The translations under genes and the position numbers were made by a program. From Neoconidiobolus thromboides FSU 785 (lineage: Eukaryota > Fungi > Entomophthoromycota), in the NCBI GenBank assembly GCA_025603075.1, contig MU626268.1, positions 62,001-126,000 of the forward strand: a stretch of 64,000 nucleotides of DNA, read 5' to 3'. Under the pieces are notes generated by a model that had not been told where the DNA came from, did no database searches, and was given only the letters and a program-made list of their open reading frames with translations. Below, piece after piece: positions 37,586-48,869 of the stretch. Positions within the stretch are counted from its first letter, which is position 1. Every line of letters starts with the position of its first letter.

Positions 37586-39349
37586 ATATTTTTTTCTATA
37601 ATGCTTAACAAAAAAATCAAAATCAAAATCTAAACTATTATTTATTTTATAAATTTCTTTAACTACATAATATAAAGGCTTTTGAAATTTAAAATGATTT
37701 CCTGTATTTGCTTATATATTAATCTTTATAAGTTTTCTAAATAAAAGCTTCTTAAATATTGAATTAATTAAACAGTTTCCTGCATATACCAAATTATGAG
37801 TTGATATTTCAAATAAATAATGAGAATGAATTTTGTTTATCATCATATTATTTTTTAAATATAAAACATCAAATCCTAATACTGATATAACTTGTTTGTC
37901 ACAATAGTTTAAATTTATTAGATCTAGCTTTGTTTCTATTTTTATGTTTTGTTTAAAGTTTGAAATTATTCTATAACTTTTATTATTTGATTTTTTGAAT
38001 AGGTTTACTAACTATATTTTTTCAAATATTAATATAAAATTCATATAATTTATACAACTTTTTTATTTGAAAACTCTTTTATCTTTGTTTTATTTTTTAT
38101 TGTTATATCTATCTTATTTTTAAATAGTTTTTTCTAACTGTATACTAGATGCATATATCACACAAATCTGCTTTTTTCGCTGGGTTTTTAAAATTGTCTA
38201 TTATATATTCAGAAGACGTTGACTTAGCTACTGCTTTACCTTTTGAATTATTAAAATATTTGTTATACACTATTTTTTCTACTCTTATTCGATATATATA
38301 TTATCTAATAAATATTTATTGTCATTTTGTTTTTATTAAATTTTAGTAAAATAGATGAATTATCAAGTAAATATTACAATATCACTGCATAATTTTTGTT
38401 TTTGTAACTATATTTTATAAAAATATAGCATATTTTTTTATAAATTCTAATATAATACCAAATAAGTAAGTTGTTTTATACATTGTTCATAGAGTTGAAG
38501 GTTTTAAATCATTTGTGCCAAACTTCTGTATGACTTTCAATCTTTCAATTACATTAAAGAGCACCTCTTTTTTTCTTTTATTAAAGGTTTATCCCCTCTA
38601 ACATTAGAATCAGCCCTTTTTTAGCTACCACTTCTATAGTATGGCTCATCTATCAATAATTTAAAAGCTAAGCTATAATTTATCTAAGACAATTATGTTA
38701 ATAAAAAGATATCTGCAAGGATGGCAGACTCTCTTTAACAGAGCATTTTACCTCGTTTCTTTAAGTGTAAATATTTTTTAAGGGTTTAGAGCTCCTAGTG
38801 TCACTTTTTAACTCCAGGATTGAAACTCTCAGCTTCAAATCGGTACTTTCGCTGATGTAAATTGTTCTCTTGATTGTTTGCTGCTTTCTCGCTCTTAATT
38901 CCTTGCTTATTAATTTTCTTTCCTCTTATTAAATGAATAAAACACTACTCTAGGGGATAAGAATAATAATTTTTAGGTGGAAATTAAGTAAAATTAACTG
39001 TAACAGCAAATTTTTTTATTTATAAGAGTAAAAGTTAATCTCATGTAAAAGATCTACTGCAGCATTTTTATACCTTTAACAATTTATTTGATATTTCCGC
39101 CATAATAAAACCGCCTTTGATGAAAATTAAATATTTTACACTGCAAATACACAATGATAACTCATATAGATAAAAATTACACAATTCTTTCTAATTACTT
39201 TATTCAGAAGAAATGGTTGATATTCTTTTGAATTATGTAAACAGTGCAGATTCAAAATCTCCAAATATAACAATTAACCTTAGTATCTAAATAACAAAAC
39301 ATGCTCAAGCTAGTATAAAGCTCTTTGACTTTATTTCATTTGTATTTTG

Positions 39350-39822
39350 TTAACCACATTCATTATGAACTATACATTGGCAACAATGATAAGCAGTCAT
39401 AGGATTCCTACTAGATAGATTAATCTGATTAAATAAATTACTATCGTCTAAAAGCATATACGGCGATTTATTTCCTTTGTAAAAAAGTGAAATTATAAAC
39501 GTAAGTAATGTCATAGTGATTATTATAAAGAAATCAATCAGGCCATACCACATAACATTGAACGTAGCAAGAGAAAGAAAGATATAAATCAAACTTCTTC
39601 CACGAGGAAACATATAAAATTTCAAGTGCTCAAGATGATGCAATTGTAAAATAGGTATTTCATATGCTAATACAAAATGTGATAGAATCTACCGTAAAAC
39701 AGATAATATTACTCCATGTCCATAATCCTAAAAATAGTACTTCATTTTAAATGCACTTACAAGTACCTCTAAACCAACAATAATATTGACGAAGGATGAA
39801 AAAATCTTAGTCTCTTAGACAT
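39350..39822 (-). pseudogene. TVP15/COPI-associated-like intronless copy with two in-frame TAG stops
   Basis: ATG at 39822: MSKRLRFFSSFVNII...YYF*DYGHGVILSVLR*ILSHF..., in frame with ORF 39350-39643. Confidence 0.8.
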
Positions 39823-40647
39823 TGTAATCTAAATATAGAGTACAAAATATAAGATAAAAGGCTTCATAGCTGTATATAGTATTTCATTCAAATACATAAT
39901 TAACCTCAATTCAAATCAAAATAATTTTTTATAAACATCTCACATGTCGCAATACAGTATTATTAATATTATACCCTTTTATCTTTATTCATTTCACTCG
40001 TATGAGTAGATGATAGTATCTCTTCTAGTTATAACTAATGTTCTTATAATTAATTACACTTTAATTAAATCTATTCGTTACTTCTGTAAATAAAATATTC
40101 TGCTAATTTTGATTAAATGGAAAAGCTTAAACGTCTTTATTTAATTGTAGACTCGCATGCAAATAATACTAATATTTATCTTTTTTAATTAACGTATTAG
40201 CATAGATATGAAATTGACATAAATATTATTTCTATTTCAATCTTTCTGTTGAATTCTTAAATGACTTTAAAAATTATTTCTGCTCCTTCTGGTATTGGTT
40301 TCTTTTTCTACCATTGGTGGCTTTTTAACGTGATTTCAAACATCAGCATTAGTAGTATTTGATTAGAATAATATTACTTTATAAATAATTTTAAATGTTA
40401 AATTTAGAATTCCAAGAGCCGAAAATAATATATATATCCTTGTATAGTTCAATGGTGTTAGTCAAACTATTAACAACATGATGTTCCTCATAGATCTTGT
40501 TAAACTAAATACTCTTAATCATAATTTGAACATATAGTAGAAATTATCCAAGTTGAATCAAATAATTAGGTATTTTTTGAAAGCAAAAGGTATAGTAGAA
40601 TGTCACATAATCTCTAGATATTTTTTATTTACTAAATAAGAGTATTT

Positions 40648-40745
40648 GGGAATATATTTTCTTGTTTAAGAATTTTACTAACAACCTTTCGGCTCAAATA
40701 GCGCTTAAAAAACGGAAAAGTAATGAAACCAAAAAAAACATCCCT
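40648..40745 (+). mobile_element. MITE copy 12
   Basis: TSD ATTT/ATTT. Confidence 0.9.
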
Positions 40746-41089
40746 ATTTGTTATCAGATTAGTGCTTACTTATGTCAAAAACTTGTGTATCTCCTTTAAG
40801 ATCCTCTATATAAAGCTTTATCATAGTAAGTGACAAATACATGTATATTTATATTACTTTTATATCTTCAAAATGTATACTTTTGACATAAACTATTCGT
40901 TAGAGCATATTACATAATAAAGCCTATTGTAAAATTCAAAATTTATGACATGGGTTCAATTAATAAAGATTCTTAGCTATTTCGATATTAATTTAAAACA
41001 GCTAATATGGTATTTATTTCTAAATAAAATAGCCTTGAAAACGAGGTAGATGGCCATAAAGGTAGTCTCAAAAAAGGATGTCTATCTAT

Positions 41090-41186
41090 GAGGATGCTTT
41101 TTTTGGCTTCATTGCTTTTTCCATCTTTTAACTGCTACTTGAGTAGAAAAATTGTTGATAAAATTCTTAAATACAAAATACATCCC
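41090..41186 (-). mobile_element. MITE copy 13
   Basis: TSD CTAT/CTAT; GAG terminus. Confidence 0.88.
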
Positions 41187-42009
41187 CTATGCTTTTATTA
41201 ACAGGGATACTCTATATAAATTTTTTTACAAAATAGGTGAAGATGCTTCCTTCTGCGATTTTCAACACAATCATCACGAATATTTTTATACATGCCATCA
41301 TCTATGAATTAATTACAGTGAGAAAAGAACAGGAATTTAGACTTTTTTTGTTTTGATAGAGTTAATCTAGGAAAAAGGACTTAACAACAGTTAAGAAGGC
41401 AAAAATACATACTGGTTCTTTAAAAAAGGGCACCAGGCATAACAGATGTATCAGATGTATTAAAAAAAGACTAACTAATTAAAACCCCATCAAAAAAAGA
41501 CATACATCATATAAAGTCCAAAACTGGAAGTAATTCAAAATAAATTATTACTGTGTAAATTAGATAGCTAATTTTGCAGAGACTTTGAAACATGTTATTT
41601 CAACGATTGGAAGCATAAACTTTGCAAAGAGCTCAAATAATATATTCTAATGTAGTAAGATCAAACTACTTTTAAAAAACGATCAAAGGGAATAGACTAA
41701 AGAGATAAAAAAGCGGCATAAAGCGGAATAATAACTTATTAAATCTTAACGAATTAAAGGATAAGTTAGATGAAAGAAAGGGATTCATATTTATACAAGG
41801 GTTGTCTCAAAAGGATTTGTAAGAACACAAGGCGGAAACGCTCCTTTTCCCAAAAATATTAAAGGTAGGAGAGGGGATCACCCAGAAATGAGAATTTCAT
41901 TTGGTTTTTATGTTCTCTATTTCATTTATTTAAAACAAAAAAAAACCAACTATATACATGACTGTTAAAATTATAGCTAATCTTCCCAATTAGTTAATCG
42001 GTTAAAAGC

Positions 42010-42520
42010 TAAAAAAATTTATGCACGTTTATATAACTTTGATACTTACTTCAATTGGATTTGACAAAGCATCATGACCAATGGAAGTAGTTTGATAGTA
42101 AGGAGGGGCAGATCCGAGCTAATTATCAGTAAGATAATCATCCTCAATTGGCATATATAGCGATTCATTTTCTTAATAAGAGTATGAGGTTGTAAATATA
42201 TTTACTGTAGCAATATCTGCTGTAGTGATATCAACAAAGTCATATCTAATTTCGTGGTTCAAAGAAATCGAAAGCAACCTATACTTTGAAATTCTTTGAG
42301 AAAAAGCATTCAGAACCCAAAATACTTTAAATGGTGTTAGTAATCTTACTTGGGCATAAATACAAAATGGTTTTAAGAATAAATAGAGTATATCCTAGAG
42401 TACTCATACAACTGCATCGATAAAGTTAGATATATTCAAGTATACTTATAACTAATGACCCATCAATAATAACTCTAGGAAGTGCTGAGAAAATTATTCA
42501 TCTTCTATTCTTTAGATATT
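42010..42520 (-). pseudogene. TVP15-like intronless copy, heavily decayed
   Basis: ESLYMPIEDDYLTDN*LGSAPPYYQT...SNPIEVSIKVI matches the C-terminus of 45187-45684; N-terminal IIDGSLVISILE. Confidence 0.7.
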
Positions 42521-43021
42521 ACTTCAACATAAAAATTGTTTGTTTCACGTTATATACACTATTTTAAAGGCTAAGCATTAATCTTTATATCAATGTAGTT
42601 AAATTCAACAACCGTTTCATATAAATATATCCTTAATTTTATGATTGGGCATCATATACTTTACTTGGATCAGCTGTAGTTTTAATCAGTGTATATTTTA
42701 AAATATTTAAATATTTAATACAGCTCTTAAAATTTTATAGATTGCTTTTAACCTAGCTTTACTTTTACTTAGTTCAACCCATCGAAATTTTAATAGCTCC
42801 TAATCAACTATAATAACTAATATTGTTAAATGATTATATCAGCATTTTATAAAGACAATCAAAAACTTATTTACAGGTCAAAAATTAGGTTGATAGCCAT
42901 CCAAGTCGGATTTTGCTTGTGGTCTATTATTACGAATTGTTATAAGATTACTTGGAAATTATTCGAAAAGTAACTTTTCGTTAAAATTTAGAATCCTAAG
43001 AGCTGATAGTTATAAATAGAT

Positions 43022-43118
43022 GGGGATGTATTTTTGTATTTAAGAATTTTACTAATAGTTTTTCCACTCAAATAGCGCTTAAAAGATGGAAAAGTAATGA
43101 AGCCAAAAAAACATCCTC
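43022..43118 (+). mobile_element. MITE copy 14
   Basis: TSD AGAT/AGAT. Confidence 0.92.
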
Positions 43119-43427
43119 AGATGCTAATCTAAATAGTTACATAGTAGTAGTTTTGTCACTTTAATATAAATATTATCAATAAGCTATTGGGTCAAAAAAA
43201 TTGTCATGAAGATATTAATTAGTATATAATTTTATCTTAGATTTAAACATGTTTCTTTAAAAAATTCTGCAATTTTTCCTATCACTACAATTGAAGACTG
43301 TACAATAACAGACGCTAGCATAAACAGTAACTCATATCCTATGTTTTTAAATCATTGAAAGTTATTTAGCTTAATTTATACTTTTTAGTTTTTATTGAAA
43401 GCTGATTCTAATATATGGAAAAAATGT

Positions 43428-43524
43428 GGGGATGTATTTTTGTGTTTAAGAATTTTACTAACAGATTTTCCACTCAAATAGCACTTAAAAATGGAAAAAA
43501 TAATGAAGTCAAAAAAACACTCTC
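43428..43524 (+). mobile_element. MITE copy 15
   Basis: TSD ATGT/ATGT. Confidence 0.92.
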
Positions 43525-43549
43525 ATGTAATCTTTATTTAAAAAATATG

Positions 43550-43930
43550 CTTTACAGGTTTGACTATTTTATCTCCTTATGAAAAAATATGTATACTTGA
43601 ATAATAAAATGAAAGGTTTTGTTTAAATAGTCTCATATAATTTTAGCAATTGATTAAATGATAATATAAGGAAAAATGTCTACGTTAAACTTCTTTCAGG
43701 AGGAAACATATAAAATCTGAAATATTTAAGATAGAATTGGTTGATTGCTGGTATTTCAGACAAAAATACAAAACGAGCTGAAAATAGCGTAAAATGGGAG
43801 GTAGAATACCATGTCCAGGATAACTGTGTCCTTAGTAATAATAATATCATGTTTTATATACGTTCATAGCTAATGTTGTACTAATGATAACATTAGAGAG
43901 TGATGAAAAAATTGTTAATGCTTCAAACAC
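43550..43930 (-). pseudogene. TVP15-like intronless copy, decayed and 3'-eroded
   Basis: LTIFSSLSNVII...GHGILPPILRYF...FVFLSEIPAINQFYLKYFRFYMFPPERSL, with stops and a frameshift. Confidence 0.7.
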
Positions 43931-44974
43931 TTTAAGTTTAATACTTAAAAGATGAAATTTCTTTTGTAGCTATTTATAATATTTTTAGTAACTATTTGAT
44001 TAATAGCAGCTTAATGTTAAAATAAAGATTTCATCATCTTACTTCACATAGCACAGCCCTTTTTAGGGATATAGGTAATTTTATTTTGTTGTATTCATAT
44101 TAAATCATTGATTTCCTTTTTAAATGTATCCATTATAACTAACAACTATTTATTTGAAAAGAACTTTTATGAATGTAGAAAAAAAACTATTCATTTATTT
44201 ATATACAATGACATTTAATAGTTTTAATGAAATTTAAATGCATTTGGCCCTCTCTATAAATGGTGATAGTGTTTTTCTCTTGTAAATACTGCATTTTGTA
44301 TATATTCACTAATGACCCCAGTCCAATAATATCTTTTTGCGGTTTTATGATGATCCCAAATGAAATAATATTTTGTATTTAAAGTTTTTTGAAGTTCGTT
44401 GCTTAAGTCTCAGATAATTTTAAATAGATTTATAATTTTCGATCCAGAATGCCAAGGACCACAAAAATAAACACGGTTAATTCAGCAATATAAGGGATGT
44501 TGACCAGAGTATTTATAATCTGAAAAACTTTAAAAACTTAGTATGAATAAAAAACTTTATAATATACCTTATAAAATAATTTCATTTGAAAATACTTACT
44601 ACTATTGTACTTGCGAAAGCAAAATAAAGAGTGAAATATAAAATACTAAAAGGAGATATAAGGGCAGGAAAAATAGAACATAAGTCGAATAAGTAACAGA
44701 AAGTAGTGTTAATTTATGATATCCTGGTTTCGAGATAGATAGGCTATATAAAACGTTTTTAAATTAGCTTAGTACAAGTCAACAGATACACAAGAACAAG
44801 TAGTAAAAGGTAACAAGAAGCCAAAGGTGCTATTAATAGTAACTTAAAACTATAAAGTTGGTAGAAATTTATTTAAACATCATTTTAAATAATTTATAGA
44901 TCATTTATGGTTTTAAATATATATCACCTGATAATATCTGCCATCAAATTTTAACTTGTAGGGATTTGGAAGGT

Positions 44975-45071
44975 TTAAATGGATTTTGTGCTTAATAATT
45001 TTACTAATAATTTTTCCGCTCAAATAGTGCTTAAAGGATAGAAAAAGTAATGAAGCTATAAAAATACCCCC
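44975..45071 (+). mobile_element. MITE copy 16, left end decayed
   Basis: Family body and ...ATACCCCC-ATAT right end. Confidence 0.8.
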
Positions 45072-45186
45072 ATATGTTAAATTGTAATATGTATTTATAA
45101 TTATGCAAAAATTTGTATCACAACTTTTAAAAATAAAATTGGTAGATAAAAGAACTACGATATACAAATAACAATCTTTATTTAAA

Positions 45187-45684
45187 TTAAGTTGATACAA
45201 CCTTGATACATGCTTCGGTTGGATTTGATGGATTCCCGTCATCAGTAGAGAAGGTTTGATACGAAGGAAGAGCAGACCCAGGACTATTATTAGGTGGTTC
45301 ATTTTCATTTATAGGCATATATGGCGATTCCTCCCCTTTATGATATAATGATATTATAAAAGTAATCACTGTAATGATGCCCAGTACAATGATATTGACA
45401 ATACCATACCATATAAGACTAAATGATGAAATAGAAAGGAATGCATACATTAAACTTCTTCCAAGTGGGAACATATAGAATCTAAAATGTTTAAGATAGA
45501 ATGGTTTTATAAGGGGTATTTCAGATACCAACACGAAGTGAGCCAAAAAATAACGTAAGATGGATAGTACAATACCATGTCCATAGTCATAATAGTATTG
45601 ACGAGTTTCAAAGACACTTATAACTAGTACTATACCAATAATAATGTTTGCCAATGTTGAGAAAATTCTTAATCTTTTAGACAT
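45187..45684 (-). CDS. TVP15/COPI-associated-like multi-pass membrane protein, intronless, 165 aa
   Basis: Intact ORF with several hydrophobic segments; the LVSE...FYMFPLGRSLMY pattern resembles the E...F...GRG.FY signature of the TVP15/COPI-associated family. Family assignment is by eye. Confidence 0.7.
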   Translation of the reverse strand: MSKRLRIFSTLANIIIGIVLVISVFETRQYYYDYGHGIVLSILRYFLAHFVLVSEIPLIKPFYLKHFRFYMFPLGRSLMYAFLSISSFSLIWYGIVNIIVLGIITVITFIISLYHKGEESPYMPINENEPPNNSPGSALPSYQTFSTDDGNPSNPTEACIKVVST

Positions 45685-46933
45685 TGAAGTTTAATATTGA
45701 TGTGTTTATTTTTTAAATAAAGTATTAAAATAATTATTTATCCTTTATGATTATTTATACCTTTTTTTGGAACAATCTAATCAATGGCAACTTGATGTTA
45801 AATTGAAGGTTTGTACACTAATCTATATACGCAGCTTAATTAACATATAGTTAATTTCAAGTTTATATTTTACATGCACATTAAACCATCAATTTCCTTT
45901 TTAAATATATTCACCCGTGATTATAAATAGTGCTTATGTACAAAATTTATGAGTTCATTGTATATGATGTAGCTATTTCATTTATATAAAAGGAGATTGA
46001 AAAAAATTAATGAAATTACCTACGTTTAGTCCCCTTTATAATTGACAACCATATCCGCCTTTTGTAAGCCTTGTTTATGATATTATTCATTGATGGTTTT
46101 GATCTACTAAATTAATTTTTTAAGCTTCTAATATTTGGAGTTTATATAAGATGGCTATTTGTATTTAAAGCTTTCTTAAATGTTAATTAGAGTATTGTGA
46201 TAATGTTGGTTTTATAATTAGCTGTTTGAATGCCAAGAGTCATAAAAAATAAATAAGGATTAATTTGGTAATGTGCGGTATTAGCTTTGATGTTGGTAAT
46301 ATCAAAGTTCTTAATAAATTCATATCTGTAAAACTATTACAAGCTATTGAAAAGTATTTCTTCCAAAGAACTTTAATTATTTAGTCTCAGGCATCCTATC
46401 TATGTAAAAAATGAAGTGGAGTAGGATGTGTTTAAAAGGGGCCAAAACTGCAGTAAAGGTAAAAGACGAGTGGAATAATAGAAATCAGCTAACTGCAACA
46501 ATCTACAACGCCCTATTTTTGAACAAGATACCTGGTATCAAGAGGTTTTGAATTAGCTTTGTTCAAGTTAACGTAGACAAAAAGGAATGAATAAAAAACA
46601 ATAAAGGGATAAAAACGATATCTTTGAAAACTTGAAGGCACATAAATTAGGCTTAGATATATTATGAATGATTGTAAATAGTTTATAAAACATCATATAA
46701 TTATAGATCTATACTATGTCATTATCATTTATTGTTAAAGTCAAAAGGATTAACTATTTCATACCTTTACGCTACCGTGAGTGCTTTAGCTAGACTTTAA
46801 GTGTTTTACATATTCTAGAATGTAAAAATTTAATTTCTCATATATTTTGAAATTTAAAAAAAGCTTACATCGTAATATTCAAGAGTGACCTTGTAAAGAA
46901 ATTATAATACATAAATAGTAAAGTTTATTTAAA

Positions 46934-47431
46934 TCAAGTTGACACGATTTTGACATCTATTTCGTTTGGAATCGCTAATGGATTGCCATCATTAGGTAAG
47001 GGCTGGTAACAGGGAAGAGCAGAGTTAAAATTACCATTAGATGGGTCATTGTCTTTTACAGGCATATATGGCGATTCCTCCCCTTTATGATATAATGATA
47101 TTATAAAAGTAATCACTGTAATGATGCCCAGTACAATGATATTGACAATACCGCACCATATAAGACTAAATGATGAAATAGAAAGGAATGCATACATTAA
47201 ACTTCTTCCAAGTGGGAACATATAGAATCTAAAATGTTTAAGATAGAATGGTTTTATAAGGGGTATTTCAGATACCAACACGAAGTGAGCCAAAAAATAA
47301 CGTAAGATGGATAGTACAATACCATGTCCATAGTCATAATAGTATTGGCCGGTTTCAGCTATACTAATAGCTAATACTACACCGACAAAGATGTTAGCAC
47401 ACGTTGAAAAAGTCCTTAATCCTTTTGACAT
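46934..47431 (-). CDS. TVP15/COPI-associated-like protein, intronless, 165 aa
   Basis: Intact paralog of 45187-45684. Confidence 0.7.
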   Translation of the reverse strand: MSKGLRTFSTCANIFVGVVLAISIAETGQYYYDYGHGIVLSILRYFLAHFVLVSEIPLIKPFYLKHFRFYMFPLGRSLMYAFLSISSFSLIWCGIVNIIVLGIITVITFIISLYHKGEESPYMPVKDNDPSNGNFNSALPCYQPLPNDGNPLAIPNEIDVKIVST

Positions 47432-48199
47432 TTTAAGTTTGATACAAAAAATTGGTTTTTTATTTAATATATATACTATTTTATAATATTATTTAGCCAA
47501 TAATAATTAAACATTAAATCTTTGCCAAGGATTTGAATTTAAAAAGTCAGTAATTCCGAGTAGGGGTTAAAAAAAGTGAGTAATTCTTAACCTTTATGTG
47601 ATTCAATTTATTCGCTATTTTATTTGGATATTGTCACAAGCCTTTTGGTTCTATATCTTATGTTTTATTTCAATAGCCAGCATATCTCTGAACTTAACAT
47701 TCATTTCAATAATGCCAAGAGATATCTGGATTTATAACTGATATTCTTTAAATCCTATATAGTGTTACTAAATATCTTTTTTATTTCAGTAATTCATTTA
47801 CTTTTAGAAATTCTAAAATTGAAAAACATGAGAGTTCAATTTTTAAAACACATTCTTATGCTATTTTATACAACTATACAGTATTAGTTAACTCCTTGTT
47901 AGTTTCAAAAATCCTAAAAATTATTATAAACAAAATTTTAAATATAAAAAAGACTGGATAAGATTAAAATTTAATCTACATTTATGCAAATTTAATCAAT
48001 TTGTTGTGTAGTAATCCTACTATAGCTATATCTCTTGCTATATATCTACTACCAAAATTGAAATTATTTACATTTTATAACTTTAACTATCAAAAATCTT
48101 GAATTGCTTTGGTAATTTATTTTTTTAGAGTACATGTATGGCTTTAACATATCTAATGGATTAAACATAGTTAAAAATCTATTTTACAAGTTGAAATAT

Positions 48200-48293
48200 G
48201 GTGATGTATTTTTTTGTTTAAGAATTTACTAGCAAGTTTTTCCACCTAAATAGTGCTTAAAAGATAAAAAAGTAAACCAAAAAAAACACCCCC
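48200..48293 (+). mobile_element. MITE copy 17
   Basis: TSD ATAT/ATAT. Confidence 0.9.
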
Positions 48294-48372
48294 ATATGTC
48301 TTCATACAAGAGCAAATTAAGTTAATGTCAAAATACTAAAATTTATTAAGTTGAGCTTGTGCGATTTGATGT

Positions 48373-48869
48373 TTAATTTGATATGATTTTGATATCTACT
48401 TCTTTTGCGATTGCCAGAATGTTTTTTTCATCAATCTTCACTTGATGATAAGGAAGAACAGGCTCTGGGCTGTTATTAGATATACCGTTCCCATTTATAG
48501 GCATATACGGTGATCCAGTTCCTTTATGACGTAATGCAATTATGAAGGTAATTACTGTAACGGTTCCTGTTATAATGATATTAATAACACCACATAGCAT
48601 AAGGTTAACGATGAGATAGAAAGGAACGTATACATCAAACTTCTTCCAATAGGAAACATAAAAAAGTTAAAACGATGAAGATAAAATTCCTTTAACAGAG
48701 GGATCTCTGACAAAAATAAAAATAGAGCTAGAAAGGAACGCAAAATTGATAGTACGATATCATGACCATAATCATAATTAGGTACCCTGGTTTCGGCTAT
48801 GCTTGTAGTTAATACAATATCAACGATGAGGTTAGCGATAGATGAGAAAATCCCAAAACTTTTAGACAT
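48373..48869 (-). pseudogene. TVP15-like intronless copy with one -1 frameshift
   Basis: ORFs 48570-48869 and 48373-48600 join into a full-length paralog if one T is restored near 48607. Confidence 0.75.

Larger units (their letters stand above)
35913..38600 (-). mobile_element. Decayed Sola-type transposon copy B with nested insertions
   Basis: Right-TIR homolog GGGGTATCCGAATTCGTTT at 35913. Segments 36480-37080 and 37790-38460 align with copy A (16250-15750 and 15254-14580). Multiple stops; left TIR not found, so the upper bound is approximate. Confidence 0.85.

Noticed and set aside
38149-38346. ORF similar to 14556-14963
   Set aside because: Both are antisense shadows of the transposase; used only as evidence for copy B.
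39670-39740. Both TAG stops in the 39350-39822 copy fall at Tyr positions, suggesting TAG recoding or readthrough
   Set aside because: TAG ends well-defined genes here (25044 right after the SH3 domain; 61668). TAT/TAC to TAG is a single change, so a pseudogene is the simpler reading.
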